Source of the DNA: Octopus vulgaris
Lineage: Eukaryota
DNA: 64,000 bases
Direction of reading: 5' to 3'
NCBI GenBank assembly: GCA_951406725.2
Contig: OX597829.1
Span: 35,154,001-35,218,000, forward strand
Part shown: piece by piece, positions 1 to 13,573 of the stretch
Numbering within the stretch: position 1 is the stretch's first letter
Layout: each line of letters opens with the position of its first letter
The notes under the pieces: generated by a model
Seen by the model: only the letters and a program-made list of their open reading frames with translations
Told to the model about the DNA's origin: nothing
Databases searched by the model: none
Translations under genes and position numbers: made by a program

Positions 1-39
1 CATACATACATACATACATACATACATTAATACATACAT

Positions 40-215
40 ACATATGCATGAGAATACATACATACATACATAAATGCATACATACCTACATACTTACATA
101 CAACCAAAAATACCATGTTGATGTTGAAATGCCAATGAAAGAACCTTGGATCTAGGTTAGAAACCGGTTCTTTCTCTATTGGCAAGAAATCTTGAAATAA
201 ACTGAATAATGACAT
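40..215 (+). mobile_element. 3' UTR/terminus of R4/Dong-type RLE non-LTR retrotransposon (family A), embedded in (TACA)n
   Basis: 'agaaaccggttctttctctattggcaagaaatcttgaaataaactgaataatgacata' and 'tatgcatgagaatacatacata' match the reverse-strand 3' end of the RLE-coding copy at 26193-27190, and partly the one at 43995-45186. Confidence 0.75.
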
Positions 216-310
216 ATATACATACATACATACATGTATGCATGCACACATACATACATACATACATACATACATACATACATACATACACACATACACA
301 CATACATACA

Positions 311-344
<34 letters not shown>

Positions 345-384
345 CATACATACATACATACATACATACATACATACATACATA
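216..384. repeat. (TACA)n microsatellite
   Basis: direct reading; one of many such tracts in the window. Confidence 0.98.
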
Positions 385-873
385 GAGGTAATTATGCGGA
401 TAAACAAATTGGATAATTGAATACATTAAATATATTAAAAATATTAAATATATCATATAAAATAGTTTTGACTATGAAATACTAAATATGTAAATATGTA
501 TACACGCAAAACGAGAGAAAGCAAAAGGTGGAGACTTTCAGATGATGAATTTTTTAGGTATAAATATATAGATATTTATATTAATGTGTTCAACTCACAC
601 AGAGTGCAAACGACAGTGAAAATTAAAGGGATGGAAGAAGGGTGTTATAAGTCCAACAACTGTTTCTGGGTACTCGGAGATTCATAATAATGCTGGTAGA
701 TGCGAGTCATCTCAATATGTGACCGTAATGGATACAATCAACATTGGATAGTACATACATATACATATCAAGCATATATGCATGAATATGTATGTGTATA
801 TATACACATACACACACATATATATATATATACGCATATATATATACGTATATATATATATATGTATGTATAT

Positions 874-982
<109 letters not shown>

Positions 983-1249
983 TATATATATACGTAAATA
1001 CACACACACAGAGAAATGTATGTATATATACATAAACATAGGTACATACACATGCATGCACACTGACACATATACACACATCATTGTAGAACGATTTCTC
1101 CTATAGACTTTGTGTGTAAACACCATAAATGCTCAAAAGTCACGTCAATGGGTACATTATAGTTGATTATTTTCTTGTTGCACCCGCCCTAGACAGGTTG
1201 TCATGTTACCAGAAAAACTGAAGATTAATCTCTACCATACATTCTTTCT

Positions 1250-1488
1250 AGTCGTTATTTCCTGTTATAGCATTGTTACCATTCACTCCTGTCTTTCCAA
1301 TTCGTCCTGATAGGAAAAAAAAAAAAGATAGGTAAAAAAGAGAGAAAGATGCTAAAATAAAGAAGTTATTGAAAATAGAATTATAGTTAGCCACTTGGTA
1401 GTTGTTGATAGAGAGGTTCAATGGGAGGATGAAAAATCGAGAGGATGAAAAGCAATAGTCAATATCCGGATTGATGGAGAATAAGGCA

Positions 1489-1556
<68 letters not shown>

Positions 1557-2175
1557 TAATAGATATATACGGATATATAAAAGGCGGCGAGCTGGCAGAA
1601 TCGTTAGCATGCCGGGCGAAATGCTTATCGGTATTTCGTCTGCCGCTACGTTCTGAGTTCAAATTCCGCCGAGGTCGACTTTGCCTTTCATCCTTTCGGG
1701 GTCGATTAAATAAGTACCAGTTACGTACTGGGGTCGATATAATCGACTTAATCTGTTTGTCTGTCATTGTTTGTCCTCTCTGTGTTTAGCCCCTTGTGGG
1801 TAGTAAAGAAAGAGATATATACGGATATATGGATGTAATAGCTTTCTCTGCTCAGGTAATATTTTGAAGAAAGTTTTTATACAATTTCCCCTCTACACTA
1901 GTGTTTTCCCTGCTTCCTTGTATCTCAGGTCAAAAGACACATTTGGTTATAATTTGTATCTGTTTGTGTTTGCTTCTCGTAGTTATATGTTTCCGTTCTG
2001 TTATTTTTTCATACGTAAGACTTGACTTCTGTTTTCTTTTTTAACTCGGGCGCTTCAGAGACAAATGATATCAACTTTTACTAGGCATCAAAGCTGCATC
2101 GATTCTGGATCAAATGCTGGCTGATGAAATGGTATGTGGCATTTGTCTGGTATGTGTAATTGTTGTTCTTTGCCA
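1250..2175 (-). mobile_element. decayed Penelope-like element remnant (GIY-YIG region and 3' UTR), interrupted by a SINE and (GA)n
   Basis: broken minus-strand peptides 'CLVKVDII..ARVKKENRSQV' and 'NIT*AEKA' resemble the PLE GIY-YIG C-terminal region; many stops. Confidence 0.4.
1582..1812 (+). mobile_element. tRNA-derived SINE, short family (octopus OR2-like), tail type 1
   Basis: A-box tggcagaatcg, B-box gttcaaattcc, core 'gcctttcatcctttcggggtcgat..aagtaccag'; 18-bp TSD agatatatacggatatat at 1561-1578 and 1813-1830; further copies in window. Confidence 0.92.
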
Positions 2176-2371
2176 TTATATATATATATATATATGTAAA
2201 TGTCGAACGATGAAATGAGTGTTTAATAACGCATTGGTGGATTATAATTTCTTTATTTGTGAATTAAGGCTACCATTGGTTTCATATTTAAGAAAAGTAG
2301 GAAAATATCCCCGTGGCTTAACAATTTTTCAAGCCGATCACATGGAGAAAGGTGTTCGCCTCCATATACAT

Positions 2372-2483
<112 letters not shown>

Positions 2484-2486
2484 TGA

Positions 2487-2703
2487 ATGCGGCAAGCTGG
2501 CAGAAATGTTAGCACGCCGGGCGAAATGCGTAGCCGTATTTCGTCTGCTGTTACATTCTGGGTTCAAATTCCGCCGAGGTCGACTTAGCCTTTCATCCTT
2601 TCGGGGTCGATAAATTAAGTACCAGTTACATACTGGGGTCGATCTAATTGACTTAATCCGTTTTTCTGTCCCCTCTGTGTTTAGCCCCTTGTGGGTAGTA
2701 AAG

Positions 2704-2707
<4 letters not shown>
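2487..2707 (+). mobile_element. tRNA-derived SINE (OR2-like), tail type 1
   Basis: close copy of 1582-1812, inserted in (TA)n. Confidence 0.9.
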
Positions 2708-2748
<41 letters not shown>

Positions 2749-2755
2749 TACATAC

Positions 2756-3490
<735 letters not shown>

Positions 3491-3494
3491 CTCA

Positions 3495-3562
<68 letters not shown>

Positions 3563-3719
3563 TCTCTGTCTTTCTCTCTCTTCCCTCTACTTACATACTT
3601 ACATTTACATATGCATACATACATAATACGCACACATATATTTCAAATTTACAGAAAATAAAAGACGATGGCTCAACAAGCAGGTATATTAGTTTAACGC
3701 TTGGGAAGAATGGAAAAGT

Positions 3720-3755
3720 CTTTTACGTTTCGAACCTACGCCCTTCGACAGAAAG
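3720..3755 (-). ncRNA. degenerate minimal type I hammerhead motif (CUGUCGA core) in a PLE-type terminus (about 3655-3810)
   Basis: rc: cttt ctgtcga a gggc gtag gttc gaaa cg ta aaag; related copy at 29312-29346. Confidence 0.55.
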
Positions 3756-3809
3756 TATTGAAAAGAGAAAAACAGAGAGAGAGAAATGTGCAGACTTCAA
3801 CAGTCCAAC

Positions 3810-5620
3810 ATGACGAGATGCAAACCCTTACTGAAAGACGTACGTGTGTGGTTATCACTTGCTGTCGATGATCATTGTATCCCTTGATCTGCTGCGTGTT
3901 CGCTTGCTTGAGTAATCTAGTTCTTGATTAAAAATTTTGTCCTCACTGTTTTGGATGACCATGTCCCCCATTCTAAAAAGTGTTCAGATATCTGATAAAG
4001 TGATTATCTTCTCAATATGATGGTCAGTCGATAAACGCTTTCATTTCGTCCAGTCAATGTTGCAGAACTTCGAATTCTATATAAACTGGTCCCTGAAGCA
4101 TTTCTTTTGTTCACCTTTCGATCGTTACCCTTGTTTTCTATTGGAAATAGAAAACTTGGTCTGAAAGCTGGTCATCAGTCATTCGTACAAAGTGTCTACC
4201 CTGAGCTTTGATGACAGTTATTTCAATGCTGATAGTTTTCGCTTCATTGAAGATGCTGATGTTTATTCGTTTGCCTTCCCTGCAATTGTCAAGAATGCTT
4301 TGAATGCAATGATGAAGGAAACGTTCCTAATTTTTAAGCTGGTAGTGGTAGATTCCCATTCCTCAGACCTGCAGAGTAGTTATTGTACAACTAGAATCTT
4401 GTAGACAACCCTTTTTGAGATGTTGAAGACCATTGCTTGAAAGCGATCAAAGGCTGTTCCAATATAACGAATTTTGCTCTAAGTCAACATTAGAAAAAAG
4501 ATGGTTGCCAACATAAATTAGTCGACATTCACGAAGGTCTCGTCGTTCAGTTCGAAATAAAGGTATTTGACACGACGCTTCTAAGAGAGGTTTGGAACAA
4601 AATCTGTTTACGTGAGGCTGACGTTCAGTTCTATAGGGATTCTATAAGCATGATCGAGCAATTGGAGCATGTTTTGCAGGTTTTTCTATGAGCAACACTT
4701 TGTCGACTGCATACTGCAAAGCTAGCAGCAAGTATGTAATCTTATTCCTAGATTTCATTTGAATAGCTTATTATTTGTTCCATAGGCGATATCAATGCTA
4801 AATGGTTACTTGTCCGAGATGATAACCATGTTATCGATGATCAATACAGTAGATGGGTAAGTGTGCTGATATATCCTTGTTTTACTTCTTTGTTACCTTG
4901 GAAAAGATGAGATGTATAATTGAGAGAGAACTTAAGTAGAATTTTGACGAATTTTAGGAATAACCAGCCGCTGCAAAAATGCGCGAGAGAAGACTACAAT
5001 GGACGCTATTGAATGCCTCTCTTAGGTTTGTGAATGTCAGATACAGTCAGCTCATACAAGTGTAATATCGAATTACACTTGCAACTGTTTGGCTGAAAAG
5101 ATCACAGTCGTTCCTTGAGATGGTCGAAATTCACTTTGGAACTTGAACAGGATGGCTTCTGTAATTAGTCTGCAGCGAATGTTGACAATGCGACATGGAA
5201 TGTTGTTTGCAATGAGCATCAGGAAGATTCTACAATACTTTAAGCAGTATGCTTTGTGGATGGTATAATCAATGCATCCTTGAGAACGAAAAGGATTTCT
5301 TCTTCAATTTTTCCAGAACAAACCGCGTCAATTCATGATGAGTTGATAAAGTTGATTCTGGAACGATACACATTATTTTGAACCAGGAATGTTATCAACC
5401 ACAGTAGTTTTATTGCCCTTTAAATTTACAAACTTTCCTATGGTGAAGCAGATTTTTTTTGTTGATATATTGTTCAGATCCACACAGATCTCTTGCTTTG
5501 GAAGGAAACTGAGGATTTCGTCTCGTTGATTGTAAAGTTGCGAATCATTATAAATTCAATACCAATTTAACACTACTACCAGCAACAGTCGTAGTTCTTT
5601 GAAGAGTATGTGTTCTGGTG
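3810..5620 (-). mobile_element. decayed RTE-clade (BovB-like) LINE, RT to C-terminus
   Basis: FQSEFRPSQGTTVIFSAKQLQ, LYLTFTNLREAFNSV, LQYAVD (YADD), RMTDDQLSDQVFY, QQKKCFRDQ; many stops and frameshifts. Confidence 0.8.
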
Positions 5621-5639
5621 ATATATGCTCATTTTTCAT

Positions 5640-6070
5640 TTAATGATATGTTGTGGTAGGGTTGTGCGACTTCTTTGGGAATGTGTTTCAGGTTATCAAA
5701 CAACGAATTCTGCTCAAGGAGCTGCCTCCCAAGTCTTATGTATGCAGACTTGGTCAAGGGATGCACTTCGACACTTGGTGATTAAAGATGTTGCTGAAGG
5801 AATATGATACAACACTCAAAGGCAGTTTGGATCGATGTTAAGCCTCTGTCGCTTTGTTTTCGTTTTAGGCAGAGGCGGTCTACGTCACTGTTGATGTGAA
5901 AATTCTGTATAATTGTTAGCATCTTCTGAGTTTTCATGCCAATGGCTTGGATCTCCTCAATCGTCCAATCAAGCAGTCCAAATGTTGCAAATACATTGTG
6001 GGCCTTTGTTTTATTGAATACAGAGCGTTCTGAGCAATTTTATTTATTCGGCCATAATATTCTTTAGTGT
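5640..6070 (-). mobile_element. R4/Dong-type LINE fragment (RT thumb region), family A
   Basis: FGLLDWTIEEIQAIGMKTQKMLTIIQNFHINSDVDRLCLKRKQSDRGLTSIQTAF; homologous to 45060-45186; abuts (TACA)n at its 5' end. Confidence 0.8.
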
Positions 6071-6168
6071 TTGTATGTATATAAATATATGCACATTTCA
6101 TACATATATACATACATGCATGCGTGCATACATACATACATACATACATACATACATACATACATACA

Positions 6169-6197
<29 letters not shown>

Positions 6198-6199
<2 letters not shown>

Positions 6200-6545
6200 G
6201 TTGGCTGCCCCCTCGTTATCGAGTATGGCCATTGCAAGAAGCTTAACCAATGTTGTTATTGTGCAATGCCTGTGCAAGAAGATTTTTTTAAAGTGAGGAA
6301 AGACTGTGCACTGAGTCAATCCCACTCACTAAGCAACAGTAGCCATAATCCGAAAAGAAGAACAAGTCAAAATCATCGGTAACCACTGAGCCACAGGTTT
6401 TATGTCGGAGTTATCCCTGTTACCTGAGTTGCCTTCTCCTAGAAGGATGCCCTAACAAAGGCTAGGAGTCCTTCACTCCCAATGGTTTAACCGCGCGATC
6501 GGGTATTCAGTCCATGTTTTAAGGCTGTATCATGCGCAGGGACAT
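6198..6545 (-). mobile_element. non-autonomous RTE-related element with short 5' inversion
   Basis: rc contains RTE-like 'gggcatccttctaggagaaggcaactc' and 3' end 'atggccatactcgataacgagggggcagccaa'; shares two blocks with 45291-45520. Confidence 0.6.
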
Positions 6546-6564
6546 ACATACATACATACATACA

Positions 6565-6596
<32 letters not shown>

Positions 6597-6699
6597 AACT
6601 GTTAGAGGATATAATTAATGCTGTGGAATTGTCTGGAATTAAATCTCTTCATAGACTTGTATTAAAAACAGAATACAAATCGGATGAGGCAAAATTCGT

Positions 6700-7190
6700 C
6701 GTTGCAGTAACTCACAAGAGCAACACACGTCTTTTGTCTCTGCTGAGGTATGACAGTGCCTATGTATTCGATTGACATCTGTTGCAACTGAATTCATGCT
6801 TTGATATAAAGGAAATAGTAAATAAACATTTATTTCTAGAAAAAATGTGGAGCACACAATTAAAACTGTTCAAATCACAATCACCTACTGTTTATCATAC
6901 TAAATGTATACACATATTTAGAAGGTGTGATGTTAGAAAATTGTCTGAAATAAAAAAAATCTCTTTACCGACATGTTCCAGTTTTGCTACAGCTTCTAAA
7001 ATGCCAGTGAATGTTTCCTTTATATTCACTGTTTCCCTTATAACGAGGCTCAGATTTCATTTAATCAGTGATAATCGGGAGTTCAGGATTGAACCCGCAC
7101 TCCGGTATACATTATCTATGAAGAGATTTTATTTCAGACATTCCACAGCGCCATGCCTTTTAATGATGTGTACATTTACTATGATACTCA
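6700..7190 (-). mobile_element. probable hAT transposase remnant
   Basis: TPD..., NLSLVIRETVNIKETFTGILE (cf. QLSLVIRYV..IKERFLGFLE), FNCVLH (CxxH); decayed. Confidence 0.45.
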
Positions 7191-7292
7191 AATGACGATA
7201 CGCAGACAAATATACATACACACCGTTGATACCTTTGCCTATATAAGCACAAATGTAATTCTTTATGGAAATTAATTGCATTTTAAATTTCA

Positions 7293-7358
7293 GGCTCCGA
7301 TGATTCAGGCATTTAACTCTGAGTCCACTACATCTTATAACAGAAACAGCTGTAAGCT
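7293..7358 (+). ncRNA. hammerhead-like motif with CCGAUGA core, poor stem II
   Basis: ggct ccgatga ... gaaa cagctg ta agct. Confidence 0.5.
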
Positions 7359-7410
7359 AATGAAGTTCATAACATAATCATGGTTTTTTTTCCTGTGTCG
7401 TCTCTCTTTC

Positions 7411-7458
<48 letters not shown>

Positions 7459-7616
7459 TCAAAAATGTTCTAATTTATATATGAAATTTATTTCAGTGTT
7501 ACTAAATTGAATTTTTCCCTGTAAGTTTGGAATAATATTCCCTAATATTATATATATATATGTAAACATATATACATACATGCACGCGTGCATACATACA
7601 TACATACATACATACA

Positions 7617-7647
<31 letters not shown>

Positions 7648-7814
7648 CATACATACATACATACATGCATACAAACTGTTAGAGGATATAATGCCGTGCT
7701 ATTGTCTGGAATTAAATCTCTTCATAGACTTGTATTAAAAACAGAATACAAATCGGATGAGGCGAAATTTTACACTGCTTTGCTTTGTTGTCTCATTTTA
7801 TGTATATATATATA

Positions 7815-8082
7815 CTTTATTTAAAGCAGCAGAAAATTCAACAGTACCTGTTACTCTGAGTTTCACGTTCCCGTTCGTCTAGAAAAAACTGTCCGACGAA
7901 CGGGAACGTGAAACTCAGAGTAACAGGTTTTGTTGAATTTTCGGCTGCTTTAAATAAAGCATATTACTCTACCACTGGTATTTGAGTACTCTCTTTTCCA
8001 CCTTGTTTCACAAGGAGTAAACACATAAATGTGAAACAAGGTGGAAAAAAGAGTACTCAAATACCAGTGGTAGAGTAATATG

Positions 8083-8084
<2 letters not shown>
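7815..8084. repeat. double fold-back of a PLE-type terminus (hairpins 7815-7959 and 7958-8084)
   Basis: two adjacent inverted repeats with arms of about 55-65 bp; unduplicated unit present at 42641-42786. Confidence 0.9.
7889..7926 (+). ncRNA. type I hammerhead ribozyme motif, CCGACGA core
   Basis: ctgt ccgacga acg ggaa cgt gaaa ctc a gag ta acag: stems I, II and III all pair. Confidence 0.75.
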
Positions 8085-8135
<51 letters not shown>

Positions 8136-8311
8136 CATATATATATATAAACATATATGTACTTATAAATATATATCTTTAAATATAAACATACATATAC
8201 ATATATATGTATATATATATATATATATAAACATACATATACATATAAATAAATATCTATATATATTTATATAGATATTTATTTGTAGGACATTTTATAA
8301 AGAGGGGGTTA

Positions 8312-8359
8312 GTCTTACAGCTGTATCAGGGTTATAAAAGATATCCCATCATCAGAGAC
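8312..8359 (-). ncRNA. type I hammerhead motif (GAAA decayed to GAUA)
   Basis: rc: gtct ctgatga tggg...ccct gata cagctg ta agac. Confidence 0.6.
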
Positions 8360-8627
8360 GAAATGAGAGAGTTGAAAAGAAGGAAATAGTAGAGTTCAGT
8401 ATAAAAAGTTATTTTGGAAAGGGAGAGATATAAGAAGTATAAAGGGACATATAAGAATAAAAATAAAGATATATGTTGGATGTTAAATTTGCTGTTCCAT
8501 TATCCAAGGAGTGTGCTTTGTAGAATGGGTAAAAAAGCTTCTTGCCCATGGCATGTAAGTTCCGATAGGAGTTCATATTCTTTGTTTTTATTTCATTATT
8601 ACAGATGGATAGTGTGCAGGAATATAT

Positions 8628-8691
<64 letters not shown>

Positions 8692-8693
<2 letters not shown>

Positions 8694-9476
8694 CAGTTGA
8701 ATAAAGTTAAAGCATGGTCTGGTTTTCATGTTTTTATAATGGTATTCTAGCATTCAAAATATATTTTGTAATGCTCATAAAGTTAAATTAGCGCTTTCAT
8801 AAGCAGTGTACTCATTAGATTTCAAATGTGTTTAACTAGACAGATTTTCGCAAATGCAGATATGAACTGCAAAAGCAGAAATTTGATCTTCTGCATTAAA
8901 TGCGAGGAATTATATGTAGGCGAGACAGGGAATGCATTATCAGAACGCTCACGAGTCCGCCGACAACAAATCCGGAACACCGATGTTCGCCAAATTCCAT
9001 TGAGCGAACATATAGAAACATGTGGTCAGAAAATGTTTCTAATTTTTCCTTTCCACAAACTACATGACGCAAATGAGGTTGGAAGAAAGATTAAAGAAAA
9101 ACGGTTTATTAAAATGAGGAAACCTGTTCTGAACGGAAATAACAGCAATAATATAACAACCAGTGACTGATGTGGATTAATAAATATAAACAAGTTACAA
9201 AATATCGGTAAGCCTGGTAAACCGTGATGTTTAAGCTTCATGTGGATTGGTCACAAAGGTATTCTAAAAATTCAGCTGGTTGAAGCGTTCTAAGAGACGT
9301 TAAAGTTGTCAAGAACCCAACTGTCAGTTAAACACATTTGAAATCTGATGAGTACCCTACGTATGAAAGCGCTAATTTAACTTTATGAGCATTACAAAAT
9401 ATATATCTTTTAATGTTAAAATACCATAATAAAAAAACGTGAAAACCAAACCATGTTTTAACTTTATTCAACTGAT
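8692..9476 (+). mobile_element. 5'-truncated Penelope-like element: GIY-YIG endonuclease plus 3' pLTR, with an inverted pLTR copy at the 5' end
   Basis: ORF 8826-9170 MNCKSRNLIFCIKCEELYVGETGNALSERSRVRRQQIR...HIETCG; inverted repeats 8692-8838 and 9326-9476. Confidence 0.9.
9341..9378 (+). ncRNA. minimal type I hammerhead ribozyme with intact core and palindromic stem III
   Basis: aaat ctgatga gtac cctac gtat gaaa gcgc ta attt; mutated mirror copy at 8785-8822. Confidence 0.85.
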
Positions 9477-9537
9477 ATATTATTCTATACACATTCACAC
9501 AAATTCGAAGCAATACACACACACACGCACACGCACG

Positions 9538-9600
<63 letters not shown>

Positions 9601-9621
9601 ACACACACACGCACACACGTA

Positions 9622-10851
9622 TCAGGCTGAGTAAAAGTAAGCAACATTTTGAAACATGAAATTCAACAATGCGGAAATTTTATTCATCAAAGTAAGTACT
9701 ATTACAATTAGCACATTTTTGACTACGTGTTACAAGTTTGTTCATTCTGGTAACATAAAGATCTGTAGTTCTGGAGCTGATGAACTCTTTGAACGCACTT
9801 TCAGCATCGGTTTGATTTTTGAACTCCTCTCGTAGGAAACCATTAAGGTGCTTGAAAAAGTGGTCGTCGGATGGAAGAAAGTTCTGGGAAATAAGCTGGG
9901 GTGCAGAAGGACTTCGTAGCCAAGTTTCCTCCACTTCTGGGGCGTCATTAGTGAAATGTGTGGTCGTGCATTGTCATGAAGAATGATCAACCCTCTTCTG
10001 TTGACCAGCCTGGGACGGAAGAGTAGCAGTCTGTCATTCTTTTTGGCAATTTCATGGCAATATATTATAGTGGATGAATCCAGCAGTACACCACTAGACA
10101 ATCACCATAACCTTCTTTTGGAAGAGCTCGGGGTTAGGGAAGGTTTTCGGTGCTTCATTTTGGTCCAAACATTGCGAAGCATGTTTTTTATTATTGTACA
10201 GAATCCACTTTTCATCGCAAGTTATTATAATGTCAAGAAATGGATCGCGCTGGTTACGGAGAAGAAGCGACGAGCAAATTTTATATCTGTGCATTTTCTG
10301 AGTTTCATTCAAATCGTGTGGTGCCAATTTGTCGAGCTTTTTTGATTTTTCGATCGCACGCAAATGGTTGCTGGCAGTTTTCTGGATAACTTGAAGTGCT
10401 TTTGCCAGTTCTTGAGTGATTTTACGTGGATCATACTCAATGACCATTTTAATTGGCCGTCATCGATAACAGATGGGCGTCCACTACGCTCACGCTGTTC
10501 AAGGCAGAGGCCTTCATTGCGAAATCGTTTAAATCATTTTCTAGCTGACCACTCGCTGGTCATTTCCCCACCAAACGTTTCGTTGATATTGCGAGCAGTT
10601 TCAGCTATTTTACGTCCTTTTGTGAAGTTGAATAGCAAAATATCGCGCTTTAACTGTTCCATTTCAGATGATTGTAATAACGGTGAAAAATTATCAATGT
10701 TAATTTATTGATGCATTTGGACAAGTCTGCGTCTGTATTATCTGACAATTGCAAACAAAAAAAAAAAATGTTTAAAAAAATTCAAAACTCAGCAAAATCC
10801 GGTACAAAATCTTCATGGTTCAAAACGTTGCTTACTTTTTACTGAGCCTGA
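9622..10851 (-). mobile_element. full-length (about 1.23 kb) mariner with disrupted transposase (Hsmar1/cecropia-like)
   Basis: about 40-bp TIRs tcaggctgagtaaaagtaagcaacattttgaaacatgaa, TA TSDs; transposase 10662 to 9680: RSGRPS, LAPHDL, IITCDEKW, LHDNARPH, CNSTYFDE; stops and frameshifts. Confidence 0.95.
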
Positions 10852-11022
10852 TATATATATATATGTATGCATGCCTGTATGTATGTATGTATGTATGTAT
10901 GTATGTATGTATGTATGTATGTATGTATGTATGTATGTATGTATGTATATATATATATATATATATGTACATCTACCTATATTTACATATGTATATATAC
11001 ATATATACACTTATACACAGAC

Positions 11023-11054
<32 letters not shown>

Positions 11055-11212
11055 GTGCATATGTATATATATATTTATATAAATACAGGCATACATACAC
11101 TAACATACATGTATGTGAGGCGGTGTGAGTGTGTATTATATATTTTGTATCACATTGTGTGATACGGTTTCTATTGGCGTTGTGTCCAATGAAGAAAGGA
11201 TTATAATCATAA

Positions 11213-11289
<77 letters not shown>

Positions 11290-11522
11290 TCTACGTTCTG
11301 ATTTTGAATGCATCATGTTGCTGTTTTCCTTTCTTACCCATGCTTTTATCTATTATTTATGTTTAATATTTTTTTTGTTTAAATCTACGCTTTGCCACTA
11401 TTTATAATGAAGGGAGCTATAATTTTTGGAACACCTTTTGATTGGATTCCGATTAAAAATGAAACATTTTCAACCATCTATGTATTGGTATATTTAAAAC
11501 AATATCACTGTGTGTATGTATG

Positions 11523-11579
<57 letters not shown>

Positions 11580-11640
11580 ATATAAGTATGTGTGTGTGTG
11601 TGTGTATTAATATCTGACTACTTGTGCATATATGTAATTG

Positions 11641-11671
<31 letters not shown>

Positions 11672-11805
11672 ATCTATCTACATTTATATTATATAATGTA
11701 CGCGAATATGTAACTGTATACACATATCTACATCTAACTTTGTGTTCCTGCATTCACACCCGCAGCTTTTGTTTCTGTGTGTGTGTGTGTGTGTGTGCGC
11801 GCATG

Positions 11806-11882
<77 letters not shown>

Positions 11883-12159
11883 TATATATGCACAGACACA
11901 TATAAACATATGTATGTATATAAGTATGTTTGTATGTATGTATGTATGTACCTATATAGGTGAATATATATGAGCCTGCTATGCAGAGAGAGAAAGAGAT
12001 AAAGAGAAAGAGAAAAAGAAAGGGAGAGAGGGAGAAAATAATCTAGGTATATATATATATACGTATATATCTTTCCATATATGTATGTATATTTGTATGT
12101 ATGTATCAATCAATCAATCTATGTGTGTATGTATGTATGTATGTATGGATGGATGGATG

Positions 12160-12250
<91 letters not shown>

Positions 12251-13040
12251 ATATATATATATATACATACACATACATACATATACATACATACTTATAC
12301 ATATATATATATACATGCACACAAATATATGTATGTATACACAAATGAACTTGGTTTTTGTTTGTCTATAATTTCTACCTTACATTAATTCCAAATTTTA
12401 TATAACTATGCATACATATATACACCTATACAAATATATATGTATGTATCAATGTTTGTGTGTATGTATGCGTACTCACAAACACACCCACAAATAAATA
12501 CACACATAGACAAACACACACAAATGTATATACATAAGTATATGTGTGTGTATGTTAGTATACTTAAAAAAAGTAAAGTAAATTCTGTCATATTTGACAG
12601 TTTATTGTGAAAGTGAAAACAGAGTTGGTTGCTAAAATGTCAGTTTGCAATTCCTATGAGTACTTTTTACACACACACGATTTTGTGGTTTGTATACACA
12701 TGTGTGCATATGTGCTAAAGTTTTCAACATGCGCGAGAATTTAAGTTGTTTATGATTATGTCTATCTGTATGTGATTGTTCCAGAGACTTCTATTTGATT
12801 ACTTTTTCTTTTTCCTTTTCGCGAAGGATGTATGTATAATATCTGTCAAGATGTGTGAGCGTGTGTATGTGTGTTTGTCTGTCTATGTGTATGTCTCAGC
12901 GTGTTTGAATCTATATATTTTGAAATACTTATACCACCCAATATAAATATATATTATGCGTGTAGATACAAAAAATAGTTGTGATAAGCACACATTTTCA
13001 TGACTTTACACAAATATACACACACAGGGAACACATACAA

Positions 13041-13078
<38 letters not shown>

Positions 13079-13109
13079 GTTTCTTTGTGTACTTATCTCT
13101 ATATGTACG

Positions 13110-13183
<74 letters not shown>

Positions 13184-13240
13184 CACGTATAAATGAGTAT
13201 GCGTCTGTATGTACATATTGTAAAAGTGTCTACGTATATA

Positions 13241-13279
<39 letters not shown>

Positions 13280-13502
13280 GTGTGTACAGAAGTGACTGAG
13301 TGTTTGGGCGTTTATGGAAAATATATAATTCTACAATTGTGTATGTGTAAGCGTATCTAGGTATATTTTTACGTGTTAGCTTTTTATGGAATGTAAGTGT
13401 AGCTGAACTATTTCTCCAAAACACACACACGCACATATATGCATATGTATGTATTTACGTCTATCAATATAAAAATATATATACGTATATGCATACATAT
13501 AT

Positions 13503-13573
<71 letters not shown>

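Larger units (their letters stand above)
6597..7770 (+). repeat. about 100-bp direct duplication (6597-6697 and 7673-7770)
   Basis: 'aaactgttagaggatataat...ttgtctggaattaaatctcttcatagacttgtattaaaaacagaatacaaatcggatgaggc' occurs twice, each after (TACA)n. Confidence 0.9.

Noticed and set aside
648-745. Hammerhead on the minus strand (gaaa cagttg tt ggac)
   Set aside because: Only the 3' half is visible; the CUGANGA segment is missing.
9680-10662. Domesticated SETMAR-like gene or active transposase
   Set aside because: TIRs are intact but the frame has stops and frameshifts, and there is no SET domain.
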